Source: a virus. Taken from it: a DNA stretch of 64,000 nt. Positions 1 through 10,886 of the stretch are shown one piece after another (the stretch's first letter is position 1; each line of letters starts with the position of its first letter). The stretch lies in IMG/VR virus record IMGVR_UViG_3300038427_000078. One strand, written 5' to 3'. Both the position numbers and the translations under genes were made by a program. The notes under the pieces are model-generated. The model searched no databases. It was given only the letters and a program-made list of their open reading frames with translations, and was not told the origin of the DNA.

Positions 1-100
1 AGCGGCACGGCAGGCTATCCATCTGCACAGAGCAGCGCACGCAGACGGCGAGCAGAGCAGCCTGGACGACTGCATCGCCGCCGCATTCGCGCAGCACGGC

Positions 101-403
101 GTGCTGACGGGCGAGCGTCGAGCCGCCTGGGACAAGCTGCACCGCAGGATGGACGAGGCCACAGCGGGCCTCACAGGGCGCTCGCAGCCCGCAGACCTGG
201 CGCTCGCACAGGCAGAGCGCAGAGCGAGCCGCAGAAGGGCCGAGAGAGGCCGCACAGAGCCGTTGCGCATCGCCCCGTACAGCACGCACCCCGAGCCGCT
301 GAGCCGGTGGCAGAAGCTCGCCGTGGCGCTGGCCGTGCTCACGTTCGCGGCGTTCATGGTGGCAGGCGTGGCGCTGATCGTGCTCGAAGGCGCAGGCCGA
401 TGA
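101..403 (+). CDS. hypothetical protein with C-terminal transmembrane helix (may extend 5' of 101)
   Basis: ORF with hydrophobic C-terminus LAVALAVLTFAAFMVAGVALIVL; stop overlaps next ATG (ATGA at 400-403). Confidence 0.45.
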   Translation: MLTGERRAAWDKLHRRMDEATAGLTGRSQPADLALAQAERRASRRRAERGRTEPLRIAPYSTHPEPLSRWQKLAVALAVLTFAAFMVAGVALIVLEGAGR

Positions 404-660
404 CCTGGCGCGACTACAACGTGACGCACGGCGGAGCGCAGACGAGCGTGGCCGTGGTCCGGGCGACATCATGCGCTGACGCAGTGTGGCGGGCAAAGCG
501 TCGAGGGCTGAGCGTGGTCGCGGTCGAGAGCGTGGACGGCAGGCATGCACTCAGATCGGGCGACAGCGTAGCGGATGGAAGCGTGCCGATCCCCTATCAA
601 GTGGCGGGGCTGAGCGCAATAGCTGCAAGCTACTGTGCAGCAGCCGAGAGGCAGGCGTGA
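400..660 (+). CDS. hypothetical protein
   Basis: ATGA coupling to upstream ORF and GTGA coupling to downstream ORF (MTWRDYNV...). Confidence 0.4.
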   Translation: MTWRDYNVTHGGAQTSVAVVRATSCADAVWRAKRRGLSVVAVESVDGRHALRSGDSVADGSVPIPYQVAGLSAIAASYCAAAERQA

Positions 661-1016
661 CGAGCGCATGGGAGGGCTATGTCAGACTGGCGGACATGCT
701 GGCATGGCGAGCGCCCTACGACTACAGCGCAGAGCGTGCAGAGCAGGCGGCACAGCGTGCGCAACCTACGAGCGAGCGAGTGGCATGCTGCAACTACGCG
801 GACGGCTTCTGTACCAGTCTCCGGCCTGCATGCGCGTACGCTCGCCGGGTCGATTCTCCTCTCGACCAACCCCTCCCAGCGCCCTGCTCACGCGAGGGAG
901 AGAGCGCTATCACATCTAGCCGAGGATGTCAAGCACTAACAGCACATCCGACTACCACATCAGCGCGTGTATGTCAAGCGCACTGGACACATGTACTAGC
1001 CAGCACGCATGGCTAG
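657..1016 (+). CDS. hypothetical protein
   Basis: GTG overlapping stop of previous ORF; no recognisable motif. Confidence 0.3.
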   Translation: MTSAWEGYVRLADMLAWRAPYDYSAERAEQAAQRAQPTSERVACCNYADGFCTSLRPACAYARRVDSPLDQPLPAPCSREGESAITSSRGCQALTAHPTTTSARVCQAHWTHVLASTHG

Positions 1017-1253
1017 CTATGAGTAGGTTTGCATAGATACCGTCCGAGTTGCTAAAGGATGGTTAGCTTTTTGATCGGAACAGACCCGATCCAAATCCTA
1101 CCTAGCATTTTCAAGAGGGCCGCTTAGCCTATTCAGGGCTGGGCGGGTGCGGGCGGAAGAGTGGGTTCGGATTGCGCGCAGTCTTCGGAGTCGTAGTGCA
1201 AGTGGTTGCGACAGCCCTCAGTCTCACACCAGAGAGTGATGAAGCTCATCAGT

Positions 1254-2543
1254 CTACCTCGAACTCGACGCCTGCCTGCTTCTCATGCGATTCTCGCGAC
1301 TTGATGCCTTCGATGACTTGACGAGACTTCCGTTCGGCCTGACCTTTGTCGTAGTAGGTGTCGTAGGCCCCTGCTCGCCGTTGTCATCGACTTTCGCCCA
1401 CCACTCGCGATTATGGCCGCGCAGGTGCGGCGTAATGGTGACCTTGAAGCGCCCGCCTTTCGGCTCCGGGTTTGCTGTGACCTCCGGGGCAGGATTGGGC
1501 TTCTGACGTGGAAAGGGGAATCTCGGTAGGCTCATGACGGCGGTGTACCCTCCTTCCAGTAGCTAGGAGTGCCGTACCAGAAGTCGATGCGGCGGAAGCC
1601 GAGTTGGATGCTGATGAACGGACCGTGAAGGCACGGCCACCAGCCTACCTTGGCTCCTAGCTCGAAGGCGAGGCTCCCGTTTGGGGAGGGCCGGGTCTTG
1701 TTCAGTTCGAGATGGAGTCTCTTGCGATACTGGATTTTGACGGGACGCCTACGCAGGATGAAGTCGAGGACAGCAGGATTCTTGTCGAAGACCTTGTTCC
1801 AGTCGGCCTCGGCGGTCCGGTCGCGGAAGTAGTGCTCGGAGGGCCGAACGGTGGGTCCACCAGGCTTGATCGGAGTGCGTGGATTTGTGTCCATGTGGTC
1901 AGGATACCAGACTTGTGTCCCGATGTCCAGGGTCACGCCGGTAGTTGTAGCGGCGGCGTTCGTAGTGGGCACGTTGGTTGCTGTGGAAGTTGTCGAGCAG
2001 CACGTACTTGCCTCGGCGCATGCGGGCGATCTTCACGCGATCACCGACCGGGCAGTGCTCCATCTCCCGGATCGGATGCGGAGGGTCCATGTCCATGATG
2101 TCGAACCAGAACTTCCAGTCCCAGGTGTCGCCGTTGGACGACAGGTTGAGTCCCTTCGATCTACTCAACGGAGCACCACCCACCAGATGAATCGCATGAT
2201 GCGTTCTTGGCAGCGACCCAACATTCGTGTACCTCCTCTTCGAAGCTCAGTTTGCTCATCGGCGTGAGCACATGGAAGAGCGCGGAGCGCACATGCTCGT
2301 CGGGCAGCCCACGGCTCGCAAGCTCTTCGCGGAATGCACGGGCGAACTCGCTCATCGGCGGAATCCTCGCAGCCACCATAGCTCCCGGAAGCGCCCATCG
2401 CACAGCGCACTGTTTGGGGAGCACTCAAGTCCCTCATGGCGGGTGATCCACCACTGCGAATCCGGTCGCCAGTGCTCTAGAAAGCGGTGGAAGAGTCCAC
2501 GCGGCGTGAGCAGGTTGTCCAAGTTGTACGAAGCGTACTTCAT
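1254..2543 (-). other. cluster of small coupled hypothetical phage genes (about 1254-1535, 1532-1894, 1899-2183, 2161-2355, 2352-2543)
   Basis: Short minus-strand ORFs chained mostly by ATGA start/stop overlaps. Confidence 0.55.
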
Positions 2544-2992
2544 CGTTTGCCTTTGAGTATAGCTTCGAGCTTGGTCTTGGTTTTGTGGCAGTCGTCGCAG
2601 AGGCATTGGAGGTTGGTGACGGCGTGCTTACCACCCCGGAAGAGTGGCTTCTTGTGGTCAGCCTGCCACTTGCACCACACCATCTTGGGGTAGTGGGCCT
2701 TCGGGTACAGTTCCTCACAGATCCGATTGCAGTTGGCACAGCGCAGCAGCCTCTTTCCTTCGCTCTGTGCGACACGTCGCAGCGCCACGCGCGGATCGTA
2801 GACCCGACTGCGCTCATACTCTCCCACGCAATCTCTGCCCTCGTACTTCTTGCGGCAGTAGCGGCGAATCTTGATACGAGGTCCAGACAGTTTGCGCCCG
2901 CACCAGCGACAGGTGCCCTTGGGCGCGTTCGGCTTCTTCGGCTCCCGCAAGACCAACACACCGCTGCGCTTCTTCGCGGTGCTCATCCCCAA
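2540..2992 (-). CDS. HNH endonuclease
   Basis: CANC...ADHKKPLFRGGKHAVTNLQCLCDDCHKTKT HNH signature. Confidence 0.88.
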   Translation of the reverse strand: MGMSTAKKRSGVLVLREPKKPNAPKGTCRWCGRKLSGPRIKIRRYCRKKYEGRDCVGEYERSRVYDPRVALRRVAQSEGKRLLRCANCNRICEELYPKAHYPKMVWCKWQADHKKPLFRGGKHAVTNLQCLCDDCHKTKTKLEAILKGKR

Positions 2993-3775
2993 TACTCCAT
3001 TCCGAGTTCGAGGTCGTCTATCTCGGGGCCGTAAAGCTCCTCGTCTAGTTGGCGGTCGCGAGCTTCGCTTGCTCTGCGATCCAGAGTTTGATTAGAAGCT
3101 CGGCGCGTCGTTGTTGTTTGTTCATGTCCCTCATTATCGCTCGTCGGCTCAAGGATCTGACTGGACAGGAGTCTAAACTTCTCGTAGCAGGCGTTCAACC
3201 AGTGTACGCACACGTCGCCCATGTAGGAGCACGCGAGGCCGCATTCAGGACAGATCCAGTACATCAGCGAGGCCAGTTCTGGTTGAGAACCTTGAGCAAG
3301 AGTTGGATGCCCTCCTCGACTTCCTCTCCTACGTCGTCGGTGTCAATCTCAAGGCTCAGTTCGTTCGGTCCCTCTAGGTAGGCAGCCTTGCGGTCGCCGC
3401 TACGTCCGACGAACTTCCACAAGTCCTTGCCACCGGCTACCCACTGGTACATCAGTCGCCTCCCTTAGACCAGCACTCGCCGCAGTAGGATGCACCTTCG
3501 GTTGGACCTCCGCAGAGCGAGCAAATCGAGTTGCCATTTTCGTCGCTTTTTGGCAACTCGATGGGTGCCCGTTCGTCGCTCGGACCGGACCATTCCGCCC
3601 ACACCTTGCCGTCGCGTATCTCTTGATGAAAGCGGCGTCCTGGGATTGGTCCGCCGCAGTGCTCGCACTCAGCTTTGGTGTGTCCCGCAGGCAACTGGCA
3701 GGTGCCGTACACGCCGACTCTCCCGTCGTCGTCCCGGTACCAATCCTGTGCGCCGCAGACCTCTACGGGATCCAT
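2983..3775 (-). other. three small hypothetical genes (2983-3264, 3264-3452, 3452-3775), two with CxxC pairs
   Basis: Coupled ORFs; CPEC, CEHC, CSLC/CGEC motifs. Confidence 0.5.
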
Positions 3776-4503
3776 GGAACACCCATCCCCAGGATGTCGA
3801 TGCGATCCTTGATGGCCTCCTGTCGGGCCTCCTCGCCGTAGGCTCCGAGTTCTGCCAGTGTGTAGCCGTAGTGCCTCGACCCACACCGGCAGTACCCGGA
3901 GCCTCGCTTGTCGCACAAGTCGTCACAGCACTCATCCGGCTTGGGTGGTGCCTGATCCGTCATGGCCTCGCCAGCGCCCCGACTTTCCTTCGGGTGGCTT
4001 CGGCACGTCGTTCCCTCTAGTCGGAATCGCTCGGTGTTCTGAATCTCCTCACGCACTTGCATGAGTGCCTTGCCCAACTGGTTCTTACCTGTCCATGCCT
4101 TCTCCTTCTCGTTCCACAGACCCCATACGGCGTCGGTGGGAGAGTCCTCGTAGATGTATTCGCTCTCAGTGGCGAGCAGCCATTCGCGGAACCACACGTC
4201 TTGGAACTTGGCCCGCAGAGCCTCGACCATCACGTCGTAGGCACGGGCATCCCAGGCCGCAGCGTCGATCTTGAGGGCACGGCCTGCGCGCTTAGCAGCG
4301 CCAGGAGTGCCCCGGACCGCGATGCGGTCGTGCTCCTCCCGGTCGTTGGCCTTCATCGCTTGGAAGCGGTGCTCGACGCTCGGATAGATGCACTGCTCGT
4401 CGTCTTCAAGCGGGAACGGATGCGGCAGCCTGATCGGGCTGGATGCGAAGTTTGAGAACGGGCCTCCGTAGAAGGAGTATCCTTTGGGAGCATCACCGGG
4501 CAT
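3763..4503 (-). CDS. NADAR (YbiA-like) family protein with in-frame Cys-rich C-terminal extension
   Basis: PFSNF...YPSVEHRFQAMKA...AKRAGR...LRAKFQ...LLAT...EDSPTDAVWG...GKNQLGKALMQVRE; start set at 4503 from extended -10 TGCTACAGT 6 nt upstream. Confidence 0.9.
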   Translation of the reverse strand: MPGDAPKGYSFYGGPFSNFASSPIRLPHPFPLEDDEQCIYPSVEHRFQAMKANDREEHDRIAVRGTPGAAKRAGRALKIDAAAWDARAYDVMVEALRAKFQDVWFREWLLATESEYIYEDSPTDAVWGLWNEKEKAWTGKNQLGKALMQVREEIQNTERFRLEGTTCRSHPKESRGAGEAMTDQAPPKPDECCDDLCDKRGSGYCRCGSRHYGYTLAELGAYGEEARQEAIKDRIDILGMGVPWIP

Positions 4504-4505
4504 GG

Positions 4506-6494
4506 TCATACTGTAGCAGATATTCCGGGCCTGTGGGGACAGAGGGAGTCGGGCAGGTTGGGGCACACGCGGCAGCCGACGCAGTGGTCCCAAATGACCG
4601 TCACCGGGCCGCTGGCTGTCATCTGGATGGCGCAGTAGCGGCGCTTCTGCTCAGGCAGGATTTCCCAATGCTCGATGTGGGCGACGTACAGGAACCAGCG
4701 GCGGAGATAGGCGACGACTTCACGGCCTCTCATCGCCTAGCGTTCCCAAACTCGTTGGGGCGGTGGAAGCGGCGGAACCTCCACCAATAGCGCTCGGCGG
4801 CGCTCGGCATCTGAGGGTTGCTCACGCTCAGGATCACCAAGTACGGGTAGTTGTGCTCGGCTACGTGCATGGCCTCTTTCCGAGTCCTCGCCAGGATCCA
4901 GCGGTCTATCTCCACATCTTCGAGCGTGGTGAGGCGCATGTGGACGATGAACTTCCTGAGCCTCATCGCACCACCTGGACGTGCATCTTCTCGTAGCGCT
5001 CGGGGTGCGTGTCTATCTCCTCTCGAATCACGTTGCCCAGGTGCTCCCACGCCTCGTCATCGATCTTGTCCTGCGGCGAGTTGTGGCGGGAGACTAGCGC
5101 CGTGACCGTCAGTTGTCTGGTGTCATAGCCCATTCTAGGTAGTCTACCATGTTTCGCGGGTCGTTGCGAATGATCCAGCGCTCTAGCTCATCCTCGTCAG
5201 GCTCAGGTGGCGAGAGGGTGCCCATGCACGCCTCACAGGAGCAGATCCAGTCATCCATCGAACGTGCGGTGGGTAGAGATACATGACTTCCAACGGGTCC
5301 ACTCGACCGTGGCCCATCCTAGCCCGCCGTAGTCCTTGCGGGCCTCATGGTGGGGGTCGTAGAGGATGTGCTCGGGCGACAGTTCGCACTTGACATCAGG
5401 CTCTAGATGTTGGTCGTCACAGGTCATTCTTCATTTCCGCCTCGGTCTTGCGTACGAATCCGGTGAGCCGACAGTTGACCGGAGTGGTGGTCTGTCCTAT
5501 CTCGCGCATGCGGTGCCACGCCTTGTCGAAGGAGCGGACAGTCTCGGTGCCGAGAGAGGACGTGATCACAAGCTCAGCCACGACGCTCATCTTCTCGCTC
5601 TTGAGCTTGCCGGATGGCCCTCCCTTGCTCATAGCAATACGCCGGGATCCTTGAAGTGGACGCGGGTGGGTGAACCGAGGTATACGCCTCTTCCCGAACT
5701 CCCGTCATGGGCATCGATCTTGGCGAAGTTGTCAGCCAGTTGCTCATGGTCAACCGGCTCATTCCAGAGGTCGAACATCGACGGTGGCCGGGACTGCTCC
5801 TTCTGCCACGGCCATTTCACGGCACGACCTCGCCAGTCGTGACGCAGTGCAGCGGGTAGTCCATGATGCTCACCGGCCATGCGTAGCAGGCCACGCATGC
5901 GCGGTTGCCGCACGGCTCAGGCTTGTTGAGCGGAGCCAGTATGCTGCGGCGGTAGATGTCGAGCACGCAGTTGGCGATCAGGTCGTTTGGGTGCGCCCTG
6001 ACGTGCTGTTCAAGCTGCTCTTGAACGGTCGGCTCAGACGGGGTGTCGTTCTGCGTGCTCATCTTGGTTCAGCCTCTCGATGTCGTCTAGGGTGTTGTGA
6101 TGTTCGCGCGTGAGTCGGCAGATTTCCTCCATCAACTCGTCGCGGCGCTTGTATAGCCGCTCGAACTCGTCGTTGCGCTGCTCTCGGCGGGTCTGTTCGT
6201 TTGGGGCCATGATGATGACCTCCTGGGAGTCGTCGGGTTGGGTACAGGGAAGCTCGCGAATCTCGCGAAGCTGTTCGTGCATCGCCACTCTGTCGTCGTA
6301 GTCGCTCACGGCGTGAGCCTCACGAACAGGTAGATGAGAGCGAGGACGGCGGCTGGAACGATGAGGATAACCGTGGGGTCGTCTTCGAGAACTAGCATCC
6401 ACGCTACGATGATCGCCCATACAAGGCAGAGCACCTTGATGATCGCCTTGTGCGGGATCAGCGGTTCCTTGTTCCAGTTGTCTTTGATTGTCAT
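4506..6494 (-). other. cluster of small hypothetical genes (e.g. 4506-4733, 4730-4966, 5417-5632, 5817-6062, 6034-6309, membrane protein 6306-6494)
   Basis: Chained minus-strand ORFs with start/stop overlaps; 6306-6494 has two hydrophobic helices. Confidence 0.55.
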
Positions 6495-6501
6495 GGCCGG
6501 G

Positions 6502-6531
6502 ACTATAGCAGAGGATAGTCGGATTTGTCAA
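6502..6531 (-). promoter_or_regulatory. SigA-type promoter, leaderless, embedded in 3' end of the endonuclease VII gene
   Basis: TTGACA-18nt-TATAGT with TG extension; ATG at 6494 lies 7 nt downstream. Confidence 0.75.
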
Positions 6532-6886
6532 GGTAGTCGGCACCTGCTCGTAGACGAGAGGGATCGTCCTTGGCACAACCGAGCATGCTGTTGCATGTAA
6601 AGCAAAGCAACGAACGTACTTGACCTGATTTGTGGCAATGATCTACAGCAAGCTCTTGACCTTCTTCTGCTTCGCCGCAAATGGCGCAAACACCGTCCTG
6701 GGACTCAAGAAGACGGTCATAAGACTCTAGCGTTATGCCGTATCTAGCGAGTGTTCCTCGGCGCTTTGCTGTCGCACCCTTTGGACTCGTCCGATACCAC
6801 TCACGAACATATTCGTTCCAATGGAAGCGACACTTACCGCGTCCGGGCAACTTCGGCTCCGGACAATGAGGGATATTACATGTCAC
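6503..6886 (-). CDS. endonuclease VII-family homing endonuclease
   Basis: YGITLESYDRLLESQDGVCAICG...LAVDHCHKSGQVRSLLCFTCNSMLG. Confidence 0.9.
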   Translation of the reverse strand: MTCNIPHCPEPKLPGRGKCRFHWNEYVREWYRTSPKGATAKRRGTLARYGITLESYDRLLESQDGVCAICGEAEEGQELAVDHCHKSGQVRSLLCFTCNSMLGCAKDDPSRLRAGADYLDKSDYPLL

Positions 6887-7275
6887 AGCAGAGGCACCTT
6901 CTTGTTGTCAAGGACTTGGGGACGATCCTTGTGCAAGAAGGGCCAGGACACAAACATCGTCGCGGACCCAGGCTCTACCTCCGTGAAGCCCTCATCGACC
7001 ATGACGTAGCCAGGAACCTCGCGGACAACGCGGTCGAAGATGGCTTGCGTCTTGGCCCGCTTGACGACGGTCCGGGTGCCTATCTCGAACCAGCGCTGAA
7101 TGTCTTTGTTGAGCAGCCAGTCGCCTTCGTGGAAGGCTAGCTTGCGGTGCGCGAATGCACGGGCTGCAAGCTGGAACGCCTGTCCAACCGACTTGCCCTC
7201 GCCCATCTTGAGAGCACCGTTGACAACGATCACGACCTCGGGAATGTCGTCGCGGGGTTCGTCAATCTTCGTCAT
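6883..7275 (-). CDS. peptidyl-tRNA hydrolase type 2 (Pth2)-like protein
   Basis: VIVVNGALKMGEGKSVGQ...W...GTRTVVKR...DEGFTEVEPGSAT motifs typical of PTH2. Confidence 0.82.
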   Translation of the reverse strand: MTKIDEPRDDIPEVVIVVNGALKMGEGKSVGQAFQLAARAFAHRKLAFHEGDWLLNKDIQRWFEIGTRTVVKRAKTQAIFDRVVREVPGYVMVDEGFTEVEPGSATMFVSWPFLHKDRPQVLDNKKVPLL

Positions 7276-7725
7276 CGATGGGTTCGCCTTTCTGTAGTTG
7301 ATCGGCCCACCAAGGGCGGTCCAGAACGCGCTCCTCTAGCTCCGCGATCAGCGCCCTCTCAAGGTCGCGAGAGTCAGGTCCGATACCCTCAGAGTAGCAG
7401 ACTTCGATGGCTTCGGAAAGCTGTTCTAGCTCTTCGTCAGTCCATCCATCGAATTTGTTCATCGGAACATCCTTCTCTGACGGCGCAGCTTCCGATTCGC
7501 TTCCATCTGCTTGTAGTATCCGGACCTGTTGCGGTAGTTTTTCTGGTGGCGGTCGTTGACGAACCTAGTCGGTTTGCCTGAACGCGGTTCGTCTTCGATC
7601 ATCTCGCCGCAGCCGCACTTGCAAGGGTGAGGTACGGTGATGCCAGAGACAAGAGGCGGCTCGCCTTCACGAATGAACTCGTCCATGCTCTTCCTTCGCA
7701 AGTTGTCGGGTCCAGTCCTTCTCAT
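7262..7725 (-). other. two small hypothetical genes (7262-7462; 7459-7725 with CxCGCG motif)
   Basis: Coupled ORFs; CKCGCGE...FVNDRH is a common phage DNA-binding element. Confidence 0.55.
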
Positions 7726-8125
7726 GCTGGCGGTACCAGGCGTAGCTCACCCCGTCCCGCTCCCATGGCGTGCCCTGGTTGAGTTGGGTCCACGGGTAGC
7801 CGTACAGGGCCAGCACGTCCAGGTAAGTCTCGATGGCGTTGCCGGGATGGATCCAGGCATCCAGCGCCTCTCGGTGAACGGTGGTCACGGGCGTCTTGTG
7901 ACCAGAGAACCGGCCCCGGCGCACTAGCTCACGGACCGTGACTTCGTGGCAGAATCCTAGCCACGCAAGCCCGCGAGGACAATGGCTGTAGCGGAAGCGA
8001 TCCACGTCCTTCCACTTCGTTTTCCAGCCGCCTTCGATGCAGCGAATGGCAAAGTGAATCTCCGCGTGCTGTGCTCGGAGATGCTTGTCGCACAGGTCAC
8101 GCGGATCGCAGTCCCAAACCCTCAT
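7667..8125 (-). CDS. pyrimidine-dimer DNA glycosylase (DenV/Pyr_excise)-like protein
   Basis: N-terminal MRVWDCDPRDLCDKHLRAQHAEIH and EL.RRG...H pattern. Confidence 0.65.
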   Translation of the reverse strand: MRVWDCDPRDLCDKHLRAQHAEIHFAIRCIEGGWKTKWKDVDRFRYSHCPRGLAWLGFCHEVTVRELVRRGRFSGHKTPVTTVHREALDAWIHPGNAIETYLDVLALYGYPWTQLNQGTPWERDGVSYAWYRQHEKDWTRQLAKEEHGRVHS

Positions 8126-8322
8126 TCTATCTCGACCTCTTCGACCTCGGGATCGAAGCGCAGAGCATGCTCGATGGCTTCTTCGTGAAGGGTTTCAAGA
8201 GCATCGGGATCATCCTCAAGAAGTTCGGCAATCTCACCGTCATCCCAATCCTCTACAAGCTCAGCGAGGCTGCACTCGATGTCGTAGAAGAGGCGGACGC
8301 GGACAACACTGTCGAGGTTCAT
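8122..8322 (-). CDS. acidic hypothetical protein
   Basis: ORF preceded by TG-A-TATGAT extended -10. Confidence 0.6.
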   Translation of the reverse strand: MNLDSVVRVRLFYDIECSLAELVEDWDDGEIAELLEDDPDALETLHEEAIEHALRFDPEVEEVEIE

Positions 8323-8334
8323 ACCACCATCATA

Positions 8335-8931
8335 TCAGGTGTCGAGTTTGAGTTTCGCGTTGGCCTGCGTGATCTTGCAGAGCGAGTGGTACACGTCCGA
8401 TGGCATTGGGCTGTACTGCTCCGTGGCGACGTACTTCATCTCGTCGTAGGAGGCGCATCCGGGGATGCCAAACTCCTCCGCGATTTTCCGCTCTTCGTCG
8501 TTCTCTGCGACCACGGCCAGGGGTTCCGCGTACTGCGCACGGATGACGTTTTCCCCGGCATACATCTCGCCCCACATGAGGATTGCGCCGTCGATCATGG
8601 CTCCGCCGAACACGCCCCACAGCATCTTTTCGTGGCTCTTGTAGTTGAAGTTGGCGTGCAGTCCGCAGAGGCAGTTCCAGTGCGGCGACGTGTGCGGCTC
8701 AGGCAGGATGCCGACTGCGCCCTCCATGCCCTTGCACACCGCCTCGTTGACGCCCTTGTTCCACATGCCTTTGTTGGACATCGGGTACAGGCCCGGAGGA
8801 CATTCGCAGTAGTCTTCGTACGTGTCCTGGTCTACGAGCGACAGACAGAACGGCAGGATGATCGGTTTGGTGTACCAAGTCCGAAAGCCGACGACTGGCT
8901 CATCGAGTTTGAAGCCCTCAATTGGCGGCAT
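8335..8931 (-). CDS. conserved phage hypothetical protein (C..H..P..CxCG motif)
   Basis: VVGFRTW...NEAVC...PHTSPHWNCLCGLHA...RAQYA; GC-rich codon usage. Confidence 0.7.
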   Translation of the reverse strand: MPPIEGFKLDEPVVGFRTWYTKPIILPFCLSLVDQDTYEDYCECPPGLYPMSNKGMWNKGVNEAVCKGMEGAVGILPEPHTSPHWNCLCGLHANFNYKSHEKMLWGVFGGAMIDGAILMWGEMYAGENVIRAQYAEPLAVVAENDEERKIAEEFGIPGCASYDEMKYVATEQYSPMPSDVYHSLCKITQANAKLKLDT

Positions 8932-10552
8932 CAGCGGCGAAGATGTCGTAGTGGCTGATCTGCTCCCTCGGCCAGTGGACGTGCTGCTGCTTGTCCGGTA
9001 GGCAGATCGTCAGGATCGTGCCGTTGTTGGTCCAGAAGATGTGCGTGCAGTCGTGGTACCACAACTCGGTCGTTTCGTCGTCGCGGAAGATGCGGATGCT
9101 GCTGCGCTTAGCGGGAGTGCTCATGTCTCCACCTTAGCAGCTATTTTCCGTTCCATGGAGGTCGTTGCTGACCAGCAGCAGAAGTCCATCGACAAGTGGC
9201 CGTAGGTGTTCTTCGGCGTGAAGAAGCTGACGATGCCGTCCGCGATTTCCGTCAGCGCATAGACCCGCTTGCCAAGCCAGGTGTAGGGTGACTTGCGCTT
9301 CTCCGGGTCGCTCGCCAGGAACAGCTTCTCGGCTAGCTCATGGCTCATGTGGACCTAGCACTTGGTCGGCAAGACGCTCGTAGTCACGCTTCCAATCTTC
9401 ACGTTCCTTGACCAACTGGTCGCGCTCTTCTTTGGCGAACTCGCGATGGGCGACCCACGCCTGTTCGTACGCCTCTTCCTCGGGAGTCGGCTCACCGAAG
9501 ATGTAGGTGCCGAAGTAGTCATCCATGTGTCCGCCGAGGCTGGCCTTCTCCCAATCGTCTAGCCCCTCGGGGTTGTACGGACGGTCGTGAGCCATCAGTC
9601 ACACGTTCCTTTCGGTATGTAGTCCCATGTACCTCCGCAGCGCTCGCAGCGATAGAACACCTTGAAGTAGTGCGGAAATTTGTAGAATGTGAAGAGCTTG
9701 TGCTTCATCCTTGCTCACCAAGCCTTGTGTCTGTGCTCGGGTAGTCATCCCATTTGCAGTCCACTTGCTCTCCCTCGTAGTCCTCCGCCTCGGGCACTTC
9801 ACGAAGGAACGCTACTCCACTCGGTCGAGCGATGATGTGCTCGGCGGTCAGGCTGTGCGTACCCGGCTGCTCGCTGTTGACCAGGCAGCCGATTTCGTGC
9901 ATGATCCACTGCGCCCGGTCCTCGCTCTCGGCCTTGATGCTGATGTCGATGTGGCCTCGGTAGTAGTTCATCAGTCCTCCTCGGGCCAATCTCGGCGGTC
10001 GGAGGCGACCTCGACAGGACCGGCGTTGCTGACCCACCGGACACCCTGGAAGTCCTCGATCAAGCCCTCGACCTCATCGGTCAGAGAGGCCAGAGCGTTG
10101 ATGATGTGGTACTCCACGCTGTTGCCAAGCGGGAGCAGGCGAGCCTGTTCGGGATGCGCCTCAGAGTAGGCGGTTCGAGCCTTGTCAAGCTCTCGTCGGA
10201 TGTGGTTTAGATCGGCCATTTGCGTGCAGATTTGTGTTGTCTACGATAGACGATTCAGCTACCCTTGCGCTGTCCGAGGAAGTTGCCGGGGAGCCAGAAA
10301 TAGGTCGGCCCGCGAAAAATTTTGCGGGTCGCGCATGTGAGATTAGCCTAATCATTTAGGCCCTTCGTGATGAGTCTCACCCGGAGTCACGGAAGCGTTG
10401 AAGACTTTGGCATCGTCCTCCTCGCACACGTAGATGCGAGCGTTCGTGAAGCGGACCCGCCCTAGCGCGTACTTGAAGGCTGCTGCGTCGGCGTCGGGTG
10501 CGTTGATGTACTGCGCATCGCTACCCGTATGCCATACGTGATACCACGTCAT
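8918..10552 (-). other. cluster of small hypothetical genes (8918-9124, 9121-9348, 9338-9595, about 9705-9971, 9971-10219, 10352-10552)
   Basis: Chained minus-strand ORFs. Confidence 0.55.
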
Positions 10553-10878
10553 GATTTCTTCGCTCTCCGGGCTGCGCCCGCTGCGCGAGCACGCTCTTTG
10601 GCAGCCTCTTTCTGCTTGGCCGAGAGTTTCGGCGGGACTTTCCGCTGCGTGCGGAAGCTGATGAGGTTGGCCGGAATCTCGAACATGCCTCCGATACTCG
10701 CGCCGCAGGTGATGTCTTCGATGAACTTCGCGGCGGGGTTGTTGCGGAGCTTGGTGTAGATCCGTTTCTGGTGGGTTGAGATTTTCGCGACGTTGGAGCC
10801 GTCGTCCATCAGGATGACAGTCTCGCGCTCGTCGGCGGTGAGAGAACGCTCTTGGGTTTTGGTGGGTTTCCTTGGCAT
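10549..10878 (-). CDS. basic hypothetical protein, possibly nucleic-acid binding
   Basis: ERETVILMDD... with Lys/Arg-rich tail; TGCTATAGT -10 about 7 nt upstream of ATG. Confidence 0.7.
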   Translation of the reverse strand: MPRKPTKTQERSLTADERETVILMDDGSNVAKISTHQKRIYTKLRNNPAAKFIEDITCGASIGGMFEIPANLISFRTQRKVPPKLSAKQKEAAKERARAAGAARRAKKS

Positions 10879-10886
10879 GGCTGAGA

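Noticed and set aside
8071-8958. Long plus-strand ORF (295 aa) and similar antisense ORFs such as 17249-18103 and 40593-41330
   Set aside because: Shadow frames of well-supported opposite-strand genes in GC-rich DNA; no motifs or start signals
10220-10350. Intergenic hairpin GCCCGCGAAAAATTTTGCGGGTC considered as a tRNA or ncRNA
   Set aside because: No cloverleaf or T-loop consensus; at most a simple terminator-like stem
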